Assembly: GCA_963669175.1 (NCBI GenBank)
Contig: OY769902.1
Location: 4,864,001-4,928,000, forward strand
Direction: 5' to 3'
DNA: 64,000 nucleotides
From: a bacterium
GTDB taxonomy: Bacteria > Electryoneota > Electryoneia > Electryoneales > Electryoneaceae
The stretch's first letter is position 1. The number at the start of each line of letters is the position of its first letter. The notes below the pieces were generated by a model. That model saw only the letters and a list, made by a program, of their open reading frames with translations, made no database searches and was not told where the DNA came from. Positions 31,739 through 41,354 of this stretch are shown here, in pieces. The position numbers were made by a program, and so were the translations under genes.

Positions 31739-32515
31739 TCAGCGGTCCAGTCTTTTGCGCTGGATTTCGAGTTCCTGCCAACCGTCCTTGGTCATCACCA
31801 TCAAGTGCGTCTTCATGGTGCCGGTCTGAGGAAGCGGTTCCTGGTTGCGTTTCCGGTTCATTGAAGGCAACGACATACTCACCTTGGGAACGACCGGGTT
31901 ACGCTTCGGACGAATCTCTTCCGGCGGCATCATCGGTGGCGCGGTGCGGCGCGGGATCTGCAGATGCGGGCGACGCTTTTCGCGAATCTTACCGTACTTG
32001 ACACGAACAGCCTTGCGTGATACACCGAAATGCTCCGCGAGTGCGTCAGGGCCAAGCTCTTCGTAGTTGTTCAGAAGATAGTCTTCATCTTCATTCGTCC
32101 AGCGACGAGGCCCAACCTGTAACTGCTCAAGTTCGCTCTCGCCCTTGTCCGGGACTAACTCCGCAGCTTTGTGCTTGATCTTGCCGTACTTGACACGAAC
32201 AGCCTTCTTGGTCACGCCGAAATGATTGGCGAGCTCTTCCAGGCTCATGCTCTGGTAGTTGGCCAGGAGATAGCGCTCGTCATCCTCGCTCCACTTCCTG
32301 GGACCACGCGGCTGCTGGCCGGTCGCCGGGGCAGGCGGTGTTTCCGGGGCATGCTTCGCGATGGTATCGAAATCGGGACGATCACGAAGTTTGCCGTATT
32401 TTACACGTACCGCTTTTTTGGTAACACCGAATTGACGCGCCAGCTCCTCGATCGGAGTCTTGTCATAATTGGCGACAAGATAGGCTTCGTCTTCAGGGGT
32501 CCACTTTTTTGGCAT
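31739..32515 (-). CDS. Protein with three tandem Myb/SANT-like HTH repeats
   Basis: Three ~42-aa repeats (K/R)W(T/S)..DE.YL..NY......LA..FGV(T/S).KAVRVKYGK. Confidence 0.8.
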   Translation of the reverse strand: MPKKWTPEDEAYLVANYDKTPIEELARQFGVTKKAVRVKYGKLRDRPDFDTIAKHAPETPPAPATGQQPRGPRKWSEDDERYLLANYQSMSLEELANHFGVTKKAVRVKYGKIKHKAAELVPDKGESELEQLQVGPRRWTNEDEDYLLNNYEELGPDALAEHFGVSRKAVRVKYGKIREKRRPHLQIPRRTAPPMMPPEEIRPKRNPVVPKVSMSLPSMNRKRNQEPLPQTGTMKTHLMVMTKDGWQELEIQRKRLDR

Positions 32516-32717
32516 CGTTTACTCCAGTTCAGATGTACTTGCCGTTAAACAGGCTCACAAGATAGGCTCTCGCGTCCCCGAGAGCACTGGAAATATGCTC
32601 CTCCTGGAGTACCCTCTCTTCGACCATAGCTTGACTAACATAGTGGTAATAAAGATATTTCCATTACAAAACTTGTTGACAACTATCGTTTTTCTGTAAA
32701 CACTCTTCAGGACAGGT

Positions 32718-33293
32718 ATGAATAGCAAAAACAGCAAAACGGATATCCGTATATATCTGGCTGCTGAGAGGCTTTTTCTCCGGTTCGGGTACTCGCGGAC
32801 CTCGATCAGTCACATCTGTTCCACCGCAGGAGTCTCTCGTCCATTCTTCTACAAGCATTTCAGGGATAAGCAGGAGTTGCTGGCAAGATTGCTCTTTCAG
32901 GTTGCCCGAGAAGGTGTTACCGGCTGGCAAAACTCATTACGCAATGCGCCTTCACTGGAGCAACGGATAGCAAAATTCTGCCGTTCCTACCTGGAGTTTT
33001 GTCATGATCACCCAATCCTGGTACGCCCCCAGACGGATTCTGAAATGGCATCAGCTCTGGGCGCCGGGAAATACACTGTTCATCCCTATCCGATTTTGGA
33101 ATGCTGGTATGACGATGTTGTTCAGAATGATGCTGATCGTTTGTTTCGGGGTACATCACCTTCCTCGGCTGCATGGATAACACTTACCCTTCTCGATGGC
33201 ATTTTCCGATCAGGCACAGCCGACAGCGACCTTTTCGCTGCGATGGAGAATACTCTCATTCGTGGCCTGGTGGATCATCTTGCAGGCCGCTGA
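32718..33293 (+). CDS. TetR/AcrR family regulator
   Basis: HTH AAERLFLRFGYSRTSISHICSTAGVSRPFFYKHFRDKQELL. Confidence 0.9.
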   Translation: MNSKNSKTDIRIYLAAERLFLRFGYSRTSISHICSTAGVSRPFFYKHFRDKQELLARLLFQVAREGVTGWQNSLRNAPSLEQRIAKFCRSYLEFCHDHPILVRPQTDSEMASALGAGKYTVHPYPILECWYDDVVQNDADRLFRGTSPSSAAWITLTLLDGIFRSGTADSDLFAAMENTLIRGLVDHLAGR

Positions 33294-33331
33294 CAATCCT
33301 CCTATTTTCGGGCAAAACCACTTGGGGTGTT

Positions 33332-33895
33332 ATGAGCAGAGATAAGTTCAGAGCTTTCATTGCCATCGAGTTACCGGATCAACTGAAAACCGATCTGGAA
33401 AACCTTACCCGTTTGCTTGATTCCCCCGGAGCAGAGGTGAAATGGGTTGGCCGACGGCAAATGCACCTGACCTTGAAATTTCTTGGAGATATTACTTCCG
33501 CCCAGGCTCAAATGCTGAGAACATCACTGGAAAAAGCAGTGTCGCAATACCCGTTGTCCGAGATTCAAATCGGTGGGATTGGCGCATTTCCAACAGTATC
33601 CCGTCCAAAAGTGATCTGGGTTGGCGTCAAAGCAGACCGTTTGATGCTTGATCTTCAAGATGCGGTGGAACAAGCTTCCATTGCCGCAGGTATTCCTGCT
33701 GAACAGAGAGCATTTAAACCACATCTTACTCTTGGACGCGTGAAGTACGTGGATAGGAATTCAGAATTACCGGCACGAATCAGACAAATGGATCTTGAAG
33801 AAATGGTTATCTCAATTCCATCAATCAGCCTGATCCAAAGCTCGTTGACACCCAAAGGCCCGGTTTATACCATTCTGAAGGCAGTACATCCGTAA
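33332..33895 (+). CDS. thpR: RNA 2',3'-cyclic phosphodiesterase
   Basis: RAFIAI, two HxT motifs (HLTLKFLG, PHLTLGR) and S.LTPKGPVY; upstream of recA. Confidence 0.92.
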   Translation: MSRDKFRAFIAIELPDQLKTDLENLTRLLDSPGAEVKWVGRRQMHLTLKFLGDITSAQAQMLRTSLEKAVSQYPLSEIQIGGIGAFPTVSRPKVIWVGVKADRLMLDLQDAVEQASIAAGIPAEQRAFKPHLTLGRVKYVDRNSELPARIRQMDLEEMVISIPSISLIQSSLTPKGPVYTILKAVHP

Positions 33896-33929
33896 AAATG
33901 ACTCCGGGAGCCGTAAGGGTAAAAGATAC

Positions 33930-33962
33930 TGCACACATGTGCATTTACTGAACAAAAGTACT
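33930..33962 (+). promoter_or_regulatory. Putative LexA (SOS) boxes upstream of recA
   Basis: TGCAC-ACAT-GTGCA (33930-33943) and degenerate TGAAC-AAAA-GTACT (33949-33962). Confidence 0.65.
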
Positions 33963-34006
33963 ATCTTGTGTTCAAACAAAACCAGACGATTTACATGGAG
34001 ATACCA

Positions 34007-35068
34007 ATGGCGAAAGCGAAGCAGGAGCCGAGCGGGAATCAGCGGGAACGAGCTGTTGATCTTGCCGTAGCTCAGATTGAAAAGCAGTTTGGCAAAGGCA
34101 GCATCATGCGTCTCGGTGAAGATGGTGCCAAGGTGCAGGTTGAATCCATCCCGACCGGTTCGCTGGCACTGGATACCGCCCTGGGAATTGGCGGGGTTCC
34201 ACGCGGGCGAGTGACGGAGATTTACGGTCCTGAAGCGTCCGGTAAAACCACCCTGACCCTTCACCTGATTGCAGAAGCGCAGAAGCGTGGTGGTATCGCT
34301 GCTTTTATCGATGCGGAGCACGCTCTTGATCCCGGCTATGCGGCCAAGCTTGGCGTAGATATAGAGAATCTGCTTATCAGCCAGCCCGACACCGGTGAAC
34401 AGGCTCTGGAAATTGCCGAGACACTGGTTCGTAGCGGCGCCATGGATATCGTCGTGGTTGACTCGGTGGCAGCTCTGGTGCCACGTGCGGAAATTGAAGG
34501 TGAAATGGGCGACAGTCATGTCGGTTTGCAGGCACGCCTGATGAGCCAGGCCCTGCGTAAGCTGACCGGCACTGTATCCAAGAGCCGTACTGCCTTTGTG
34601 TTCATTAACCAGATCCGCATGAAGATCGGCGTCATGTTCGGCAATCCCGAAACCACCAGCGGTGGTAACGCCTTGAAGTTTTACAGCTCAGTGCGTATGG
34701 ATATCAGGCGTATTGCTTCTATCAAAGACGGAAACGATGTAATCGGCAACCGTACCCGGGTCAAGATTGTCAAGAACAAGATGGCGCCGCCTTTCCGTAA
34801 CGCGGAATTCGACATTTTCTACGGACACGGCATCAGCCGTAGCGGTGATATCCTTGACCTGGCGCTGCAGGAAGACATTTTATCGCGTAGCGGCACCTGG
34901 TTCAGCTATGGCGATGAGAGGCTTGGACAGGGACGTGAAAGGGTGCGTCTTTTCCTCGAGGACAATCCCGAATTGTTAGCCGAGATTGAAGGTAAGGTGC
35001 GTGAGAAACTGAGGCCTTCCGAAACACCGGAACCAGACAAGCAAGCAGTAGACAAAGAAGAAGAATAG
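34007..35068 (+). CDS. recA: Recombinase RecA
   Basis: [34 protein letters not shown] and GGNALKFY motifs. Confidence 0.99.
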   Translation: MAKAKQEPSGNQRERAVDLAVAQIEKQFGKGSIMRLGEDGAKVQVESIPTGSLALDTALGIGGVPRGRVTEIYGPEASGKTTLTLHLIAEAQKRGGIAAFIDAEHALDPGYAAKLGVDIENLLISQPDTGEQALEIAETLVRSGAMDIVVVDSVAALVPRAEIEGEMGDSHVGLQARLMSQALRKLTGTVSKSRTAFVFINQIRMKIGVMFGNPETTSGGNALKFYSSVRMDIRRIASIKDGNDVIGNRTRVKIVKNKMAPPFRNAEFDIFYGHGISRSGDILDLALQEDILSRSGTWFSYGDERLGQGRERVRLFLEDNPELLAEIEGKVREKLRPSETPEPDKQAVDKEEE

Positions 35069-35159
35069 CAGAACATCCAGGGATTTGACATAATACCCGG
35101 CATGGACATGTTCATGTCGGGTTTCTTTTCAGGACAGTATTGTCACTGGAAGCAGCTTA

Positions 35160-35300
35160 CAACTCCAAAGGAGGTGGCAGACTGCTGACAAATCCTGTCC
35201 ACAACTCCTTCGGAGTATTTCTACTACTTCTTTCCTTCGGAGTATTTCTGCTACTCTACTCCTTCGGAGTTTTTCTTCTCCCCCTCTCCTTCGGAGTACT
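35160..35300. repeat. Cluster of TCCTTCGGAGT mini-hairpins
   Basis: Four TCCTTCGGAGT copies at roughly 26-30 bp spacing plus one variant. Confidence 0.75.
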
Positions 35301-35408
35301 TCTACTACCCATTTTCTTCTATGTATAGCCATTCCCATTATTGATCCTTCATATGTCATGTTGCATATCAGTGAAAGATCAGTTATATAGTTGGAATAAA
35401 GGATTTGG

Positions 35409-35597
35409 AAAAAGGGGACAGTTTCCTTTCCCTGGGGCAAAACCTTCCCGCTGTGAACATGGACCGGGAAAGGTGGCTGTACCGTTTTTCTTGCGAGCAG
35501 GCAGGAAGTACACGGAAAAGGGGACAGTTTCCTTTTCCAGGAATACTTCAGGAATATTCCATATCAGCGCGAGGAAAAGGATCCCGTCCCCTTTTCC
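35409..35597. repeat. Two GGGACWG-family inverted doublets
   Basis: AAAGGGGACAGTTTCCTTTCC..GGAAAGGTGGCTGTACC and GAAAAGGGGACAGTTTCCTTTTCC..GGAAAAGGATCCCGTCCCCTTTTC. Confidence 0.75.
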
Positions 35598-35744
35598 CGG
35601 CAATCTCCCTTGTGACGGAATAAAATCGAGAACAGTTGTACATCTATTACTCCACTCTTTCAGCGTACTTCCCAATCCATCAATTGGCAAAACCATTTCA
35701 AGCCACCATCTTGCCGTATTGCTCATTTACGAATACTTTATAGG

Positions 35745-36215
35745 ATGCAAAGGAAAAAGAAGAAGAGTGACGTGAAACGGTCTACCTCGGACGCAGGGCT
35801 GGATTTGCTTGCAAGGCGTGACCATTTTGCGGCCGAGCTCAGGCTGAAGCTGCGGCAAAAGGATTTTCCGATTGATGAGATTGAGGACTTCATACAGAAG
35901 GCGATGGAACACGGTTGGATCAACGACCGTACAAGCACACAGAAGTACCTGGCAGAACAAATCAGGAAAGGTGGGCACGGCCGTCTGTGGGTGCAGGCCA
36001 AGCTGATGCAAAAGGGAATTGATGCCTCTCTGCTTGAAGAGCTGCTGTCCCAGGAATGGGATGATCAGGTCGAGAAAGACTTGGCCTTGCAGCAACTGGC
36101 CCGGGAGCAGCTTTCCTTTTCTTCATCCGGTATACACGAACAGAAGAAAGTATGGGACAAGCTTCTCCGACGGGGTTTTAACCGGAGCATTGTTTTTGAT
36201 ATCATGAACCGGTAA
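35745..36215 (+). CDS. recX: Regulatory protein RecX
   Basis: LLARRDHFAAELRLKL, GWIND, G..W..KLMQKGI and LLRRGF motifs; downstream of recA. Confidence 0.88.
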   Translation: MQRKKKKSDVKRSTSDAGLDLLARRDHFAAELRLKLRQKDFPIDEIEDFIQKAMEHGWINDRTSTQKYLAEQIRKGGHGRLWVQAKLMQKGIDASLLEELLSQEWDDQVEKDLALQQLAREQLSFSSSGIHEQKKVWDKLLRRGFNRSIVFDIMNR

Positions 36216-36315
36216 AATTGAAAATGGAGACGCGCTTATTTGTAGGAAACAAATGCGAGTGCATGTTCTATTCCTTATATTTGGACGATTGGCGTAACGT
36301 ATGCAGGAGGCCTTG

Positions 36316-36831
36316 ATGGACAGGGAGCGAATTCGTGAGAGATTGTCCTTTCCAGTGAAGGGGTTGATGTCGATGGCCTCTCACCTGTGGGTTTTAGGAC
36401 GCTTGCGAAAGAGTGCTGCTGAGTTGTACACTCAACGACGGGAGATTGTGCGTCAGTGGACTGATAAACTGATGCCACGTTTTTTGAAGAGCGAAACTGT
36501 CGAGACGGTAAAGCCGTCCGTCATGGATAAAGTGTTTTCGCGAAAAACTGATTTGACACCTTTACCCAAAGGGGGAGCAATGGCTGAGAAGAAAAAGGGC
36601 TGGCCCTGGTTTAAAATTATCCTCATTGTCGGGGTTTTGATTGCATTGGCGATCTTCATTCTGGATCGCATCCTGCCGAAGCCGTACGAAGATGATGACC
36701 TGGATGATGCCTGGGCAGACGAAGACGATGATTTTGGTGATGACGAATTCGCCGAAGAACGTCCCCCGGCAGCAGACGCCGCTTACGATTTCAACGAAGA
36801 AGACGAAGCGGACGAAAAAGAAGACAAGTAG
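36316..36831 (+). CDS. Single-pass membrane protein with acidic tail
   Basis: GGAGG RBS before ATG 36316; TM helix IILIVGVLIALAIFIL; D/E-rich C-terminus; alternative start at 36580. Confidence 0.6.
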   Translation: MDRERIRERLSFPVKGLMSMASHLWVLGRLRKSAAELYTQRREIVRQWTDKLMPRFLKSETVETVKPSVMDKVFSRKTDLTPLPKGGAMAEKKKGWPWFKIILIVGVLIALAIFILDRILPKPYEDDDLDDAWADEDDDFGDDEFAEERPPAADAAYDFNEEDEADEKEDK

Positions 36832-36879
36832 TTTTTGACATTTAAAGCCGATATCTGCGTATAACCCAAGAGGCAATTC

Positions 36880-37092
36880 GTGTCCTTTTTCAATGGCACA
36901 ATAGCGATCATGGGTGGAGTAATCGGAGCGGTTCTGCTGATTTTGGCAATCATTAACGGGCAACTGAACGTTCCTTCCGCTCTGCTCAGTGGTCTGTTGA
37001 TTCTGTTTGGATTATTGTCCGTATGGACTCGAATCCAACGGAACCGCAGGCATAAACGCTACGCAGAAGAGATACAGGAAGACGAACTGTAG
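36880..37092 (+). CDS. Small two-TM membrane protein
   Basis: GAGG RBS, two hydrophobic helices and a charged tail. Confidence 0.6.
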   Translation: MSFFNGTIAIMGGVIGAVLLILAIINGQLNVPSALLSGLLILFGLLSVWTRIQRNRRHKRYAEEIQEDEL

Positions 37093-37175
37093 CATCGGTT
37101 TTTAAGACAAGTTTTGCAACGACCCGGATCGGGAAGCTGATCCGGGTTCTTGCCATCTAGGCAGTGAGGTGAGTT

Positions 37176-40148
37176 GTGACCGCCGCGGAAATTCGACAGA
37201 TATTTCTTGACTATTTCAGTAAAAAGCATGATCACAGGATTGTGCCGTCCGCACCGGTATTCCCGCAGGATGACCCTACCCTGTTGTTCACCAACGCAGG
37301 GATGAATCAGTTCAAGGACGTCTTCCTGGGCAAGGGCGAGCGAGCCTATACCCGCGCAGTGGACAGTCAGAAGTGCATCCGTGTTTCCGGGAAGCACAAT
37401 GACCTGGAAGAGGTCGGTCCAAGCCCGATTCACCACACTTTTTTTGAAATGCTGGGCAACTGGTCATTTGGTGACTATTACAAGGCTGAAGCGATTCGCT
37501 GGGCCTGGGAACTGATGACCGAAGTTTACAAGCTGGACAAGAGCAAGCTGTACGCGACAGTTTACCGTGAAGATGATGAAGCGCATAAGCTGTGGGAAAC
37601 GGAAACGGATATGGCTCCCTCCCACATCAGCCGTCACGGTGACAAGGACAACTTCTGGGAGATGGGCGAAGTTGGTCCCTGCGGTCCCTGCAGCGAACTT
37701 CATTATGACCTCGGTGAACCGTTGCCAGGCAAGGTGAGCGGACCGGATGACGGCCCCAACACCGACACCGGACGTTTTATCGAGCTGTGGAACCTGGTTT
37801 TTATCCAGCATCATCGCGACGCTGATGGCACCTTGCACGATCTTCCAGCCACACATGTGGACACCGGGGCAGGCCTGGAACGTATCGCACGAGTCACCCA
37901 AGGCGTCAATTCCAATTACGAAACCGATCTTTTCCTGCCCTTGATCAAGATGGTCGAAGAAATGACCGCCATCCCCTATGATATCAAGGGAATTCACATT
38001 CCTCACCGTGTCATTTCCGATCATATCCGTTCCTTGAGTTTCGCCATCGCTGATGGCGCATTGCCCAGCAATGAAGGACGTGGTTATGTGTTGCGCCGCA
38101 TCTTGCGCCGTGCGGCACGCTTCGGACGTGAGCTGAACATTGACGGCCCCTTCCTGGTTGACATGGTCCCCGTTCTGGTAGATTTGATGGGGAATGCCTA
38201 CCCGGAATTGAAACAGCGCGAAAAGCACATCCGTCATGTCATCCAGGCGGAAGAGGAAAGCTTTGGCCGCACCCTGTCTACAGGGCTGGTCAAGTTTAAC
38301 GAGTATTACTCCAATGCGATTGAACACCTTGAGGAAATGGATGCCTATCGCAAGTGGGCGCAATCTGTCAAGGCCGAAATCACGGATGAGATGCTCGATT
38401 CACGTACTATCGAAACTCTCAACGATGCACTAACGGAAATCATTCGTCCTCCGCAGGACCGCAGGCAGGAATTTTATAGTCCCTACGTGCTGGACAGTCT
38501 GTTGGAAGGCTCGTTCGACGTCCTGAAATCCTATGTCGGTGAGGAGAAGACTGAAGCGTTGGTCGATAGCTACGCACAGATCAAGCAGCAAATCACGCTC
38601 GGCGGAACAGCCGTATTTGACCTGTACCAGACCTATGGTTTCCCGCTGGACCTGACCCAGCAGATGGCGCGCGAACGCGGCGTACCGGTTGACGAAGAAG
38701 GTTTCCGCAAGGCGCTTGAAGCTCAACGCGCTCAATCACGTGACGCGCACCATTTTGTCCTTGGTGAAGGCAAGTTTATTACGGTCACTGAAGGCCGTCA
38801 TTCCGAGTATGTCGGGTATGACCGTTTGACCAATCGCACCAGTATTCGTGTCTTCCGTTTCACCGAAGGCGAGTGGAATGATGCGAAGAATCCTGACAAG
38901 CCGGCCCCGACCGTCGAAATTATCCTGGAACGTACCCCGTTCTACGCCGAATCCGGCGGACAGGTTGCGGACTTCGGCACGATCTGCGGTGATGAGCTGG
39001 AACTGGAAGTGACCAATGTATATCAGGACGGCGATATGCGTGTGCATGTCTGCAAGGCGCATAAGCTTCCGGAAGAAGAATTTGACTGGCCGGGTCATGT
39101 AGTTGCCGCGGTGGATGTCAACCGCCGTGGACGCATCATACCGCATCACACTACAACCCACCTGGTACAGGCCGCGCTGCAGAAGTACCTGGGCAAACAT
39201 ATCAGCCAGGCCGGGTCGTGGGTCGGTCCCGATTACATGACCTTCGACTTCACCCATTTCGAGAAAGTACCGGCGGACATCATTCGCAAGGCGGAAGACC
39301 AGGTCAATGAGTGGATTCGTGCTGACCTGCCGGTATCATCCATGCACACTACGGTCGATGAAGCCAAAGAAATGGGCGCGATGGCATTGTTCGGTGAGAA
39401 ATACGGTGATGTTGTCCGCATGATCTCCATCGGCGAGGAAGACGGTTACGTTTCCCGTGAACTCTGCGGTGGAACTCACGTCCAACGCACCGGTGAAGTA
39501 TCCCTGTTCCGAATTGAATCGGAAAGCGCTGTCAGCGCGGGGGTGCGGCGTATTGAGTGTACTGCCGGTGAAGCGGCATATGTGAAGACCATGCAGGAAC
39601 GTGACACGCTGAACCGTATGATTGATATGGTCGGCAGTCGTGGTTCCGATCCGGCAGAGAAGCTTCAGAAACTGATGGACCAGAAGAAAGACATGGAAAA
39701 GGAGATCGACCGTCTCAAGAAAGCCGCTTTGCAGGGCGCGGTGAACTTCATCAACGATTGGGGCGGCGAGATCAATCTTCCTTCCGGTCCGGTCACCCTG
39801 ATTTCCGGTGTCTATGATGCGGCAACGGATCGCGATGCCCTTCAGGCGGCAGGCGACAAGATCCTGGAAGACTTGAAGAAAGCTAAAGTGGAAGGGATCG
39901 GCATCGTTGGCGCACCTCTGGAAAAGACTTTCATGTTCGTCACAGTTGTCACTCCGGAACTGGTCAAAAGCAAACTGGCCAATGCCGGGAAGATTGTTGG
40001 CGCTATTGCGAAGAAAGCCGGTGGCGGTGGTGGCGGAAAGCCGAATTTTGCTACTGCAGGAAGCAAAAACCTGGACAATGCCAATTCGCTGTTACGCAAT
40101 CGGAAAGAAATCGAAAGCATTGTGAGCGATTGTCTTTCGTCACAATAA
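37176..40148 (+). CDS. alaS: Alanine--tRNA ligase with an internal insertion
   Basis: DPTLLFTNAGMNQFK, HHTFFEMLGNWSFGDYYK, GRGYVLRRILRRA, editing motifs HHTTTHL and ELCGGTH, GGGGGG..FA. Confidence 0.98.
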   Translation: MTAAEIRQIFLDYFSKKHDHRIVPSAPVFPQDDPTLLFTNAGMNQFKDVFLGKGERAYTRAVDSQKCIRVSGKHNDLEEVGPSPIHHTFFEMLGNWSFGDYYKAEAIRWAWELMTEVYKLDKSKLYATVYREDDEAHKLWETETDMAPSHISRHGDKDNFWEMGEVGPCGPCSELHYDLGEPLPGKVSGPDDGPNTDTGRFIELWNLVFIQHHRDADGTLHDLPATHVDTGAGLERIARVTQGVNSNYETDLFLPLIKMVEEMTAIPYDIKGIHIPHRVISDHIRSLSFAIADGALPSNEGRGYVLRRILRRAARFGRELNIDGPFLVDMVPVLVDLMGNAYPELKQREKHIRHVIQAEEESFGRTLSTGLVKFNEYYSNAIEHLEEMDAYRKWAQSVKAEITDEMLDSRTIETLNDALTEIIRPPQDRRQEFYSPYVLDSLLEGSFDVLKSYVGEEKTEALVDSYAQIKQQITLGGTAVFDLYQTYGFPLDLTQQMARERGVPVDEEGFRKALEAQRAQSRDAHHFVLGEGKFITVTEGRHSEYVGYDRLTNRTSIRVFRFTEGEWNDAKNPDKPAPTVEIILERTPFYAESGGQVADFGTICGDELELEVTNVYQDGDMRVHVCKAHKLPEEEFDWPGHVVAAVDVNRRGRIIPHHTTTHLVQAALQKYLGKHISQAGSWVGPDYMTFDFTHFEKVPADIIRKAEDQVNEWIRADLPVSSMHTTVDEAKEMGAMALFGEKYGDVVRMISIGEEDGYVSRELCGGTHVQRTGEVSLFRIESESAVSAGVRRIECTAGEAAYVKTMQERDTLNRMIDMVGSRGSDPAEKLQKLMDQKKDMEKEIDRLKKAALQGAVNFINDWGGEINLPSGPVTLISGVYDAATDRDALQAAGDKILEDLKKAKVEGIGIVGAPLEKTFMFVTVVTPELVKSKLANAGKIVGAIAKKAGGGGGGKPNFATAGSKNLDNANSLLRNRKEIESIVSDCLSSQ

Positions 40149-40198
40149 TTCGTTATTTATCCCCCTATGTTGTTGGAACACAAAAGGGATTTTGACGG

Positions 40199-41017
40199 TT
40201 GAAAGATACTTGTTATAACCGGTTGTTCACCGATGGCGTTATTAAAACGTCGAAACAGTTCTGGGTTCTGCTAGACCCGGACCGCGACAGCCCCGCACAA
40301 TTGCGTGATGCGGCTGAACTCGCTGTGGATAATGGCGCGGACGCCCTGTTGGTGGGCAGCAGTTATTACGAACGGAATGACTTTGACGCTTCTGTACAAG
40401 CAGTGCGCGAAGGTTCGAACAGTGCTGTCCCCATCATGCTGTTCCCCGGCGATCACCGTCAATTGTCCGCCTATGCCGATGCCCTGCTGTTCCTGAATCT
40501 GCTATCCGGCCGCAACGCCCAATACCTGGTCGGTGAACAGATGCTTGCCGCGCCGCGTGTGCGTAACATGGGCCTGGAAACCATCCCGGTCGGCTATATC
40601 CTTGTAGAATCCGGTCGAGTTACCAGTGTTCAGAGTGTAACCGGCACCTCCCCTATCCCCCGTGACAAACCTGAACTGATCGCTTCCCATGCCCTTGCCG
40701 GACAATACCTCGGTCATAAGGTGATCTACCTGGAAGCCGGTAGCGGCGCGAAGTGGCGTGTCCCCGATGAAGCGATTTCATTGACACGTCACACGGTTGA
40801 GATTCCGCTCATCGTTGGCGGCGGCCTGCGTACCCCGGAAAATGCGCGTGACGCTGCTGAAGCGGGCGCAGATGTGATCGTTGTCGGCACCGCCCTGGAA
40901 CAACGCCGCGAACGTGAGCTGATGATCGACATGGCCGAAGCTGTCCACAACGCGAATGGCAAAACCCGCCATGTAAATGTGGATGACCTGCTGAAACAGG
41001 TTTTCGGGGACGATTGA
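40199..41017 (+). CDS. Geranylgeranylglyceryl-phosphate synthase family, group II-like
   Basis: VLLDPD, LVGSS, LLSGRNAQYLVGEQ, IYLEAGSGA, IVGGGLR and GADVIVVGT motifs. Confidence 0.9.
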   Translation: MKDTCYNRLFTDGVIKTSKQFWVLLDPDRDSPAQLRDAAELAVDNGADALLVGSSYYERNDFDASVQAVREGSNSAVPIMLFPGDHRQLSAYADALLFLNLLSGRNAQYLVGEQMLAAPRVRNMGLETIPVGYILVESGRVTSVQSVTGTSPIPRDKPELIASHALAGQYLGHKVIYLEAGSGAKWRVPDEAISLTRHTVEIPLIVGGGLRTPENARDAAEAGADVIVVGTALEQRRERELMIDMAEAVHNANGKTRHVNVDDLLKQVFGDD

Positions 41018-41075
41018 TCTTTCTCTGAAGTTGAAAAGTTAACAAGTTGGAAAGTTTAAAAGTTATTGTTCTCTA

Positions 41076-41200
41076 TTGGCCCCGCCGACGAGAAACACGC
41101 TGAAGCGACACCATTGGCCTCGCCGGCTTGAAGTCGACGTAGCTTGCGAAGGCGACTGCCCGGCGGTGGTCTATTTTAATTAAATTTGAGAGTTAAGTCC
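41076..41200 (+). repeat. Palindromic dispersed element, copy C
   Basis: TTGGCCCCGCCG head, TTGGCCTCGCCGGCTTGAAG..GTAGCTTGCGAAGGCGACTGCCCGGCGGTGGTCTATT...GAGTTAAGTCCT. Confidence 0.85.
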
Positions 41201-41354
41201 TCACGTATTCATCCCCATGAAGAACCTGTCCCCGAAAGCAGTAGTCGGGGATGGGGATCCAGGCAAGGTGGGCAGAGTGAGTAAGCAGTATTAAAGTGAG
41301 TTGGTAAATTGAAGAGTCCTTGTCATCCTTCGCATCCTGTACATTCAACAACAG

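Noticed and set aside
35160-35300. Possible mini-CRISPR
   Set aside because: The repeat is only 11-13 nt, the spacers are short and low-complexity, and there is no leader or cas gene.
38298-38591. Intein in alaS
   Set aside because: No intein N-terminal C/S, no C-terminal HN-C/S/T and no LAGLIDADG motif.
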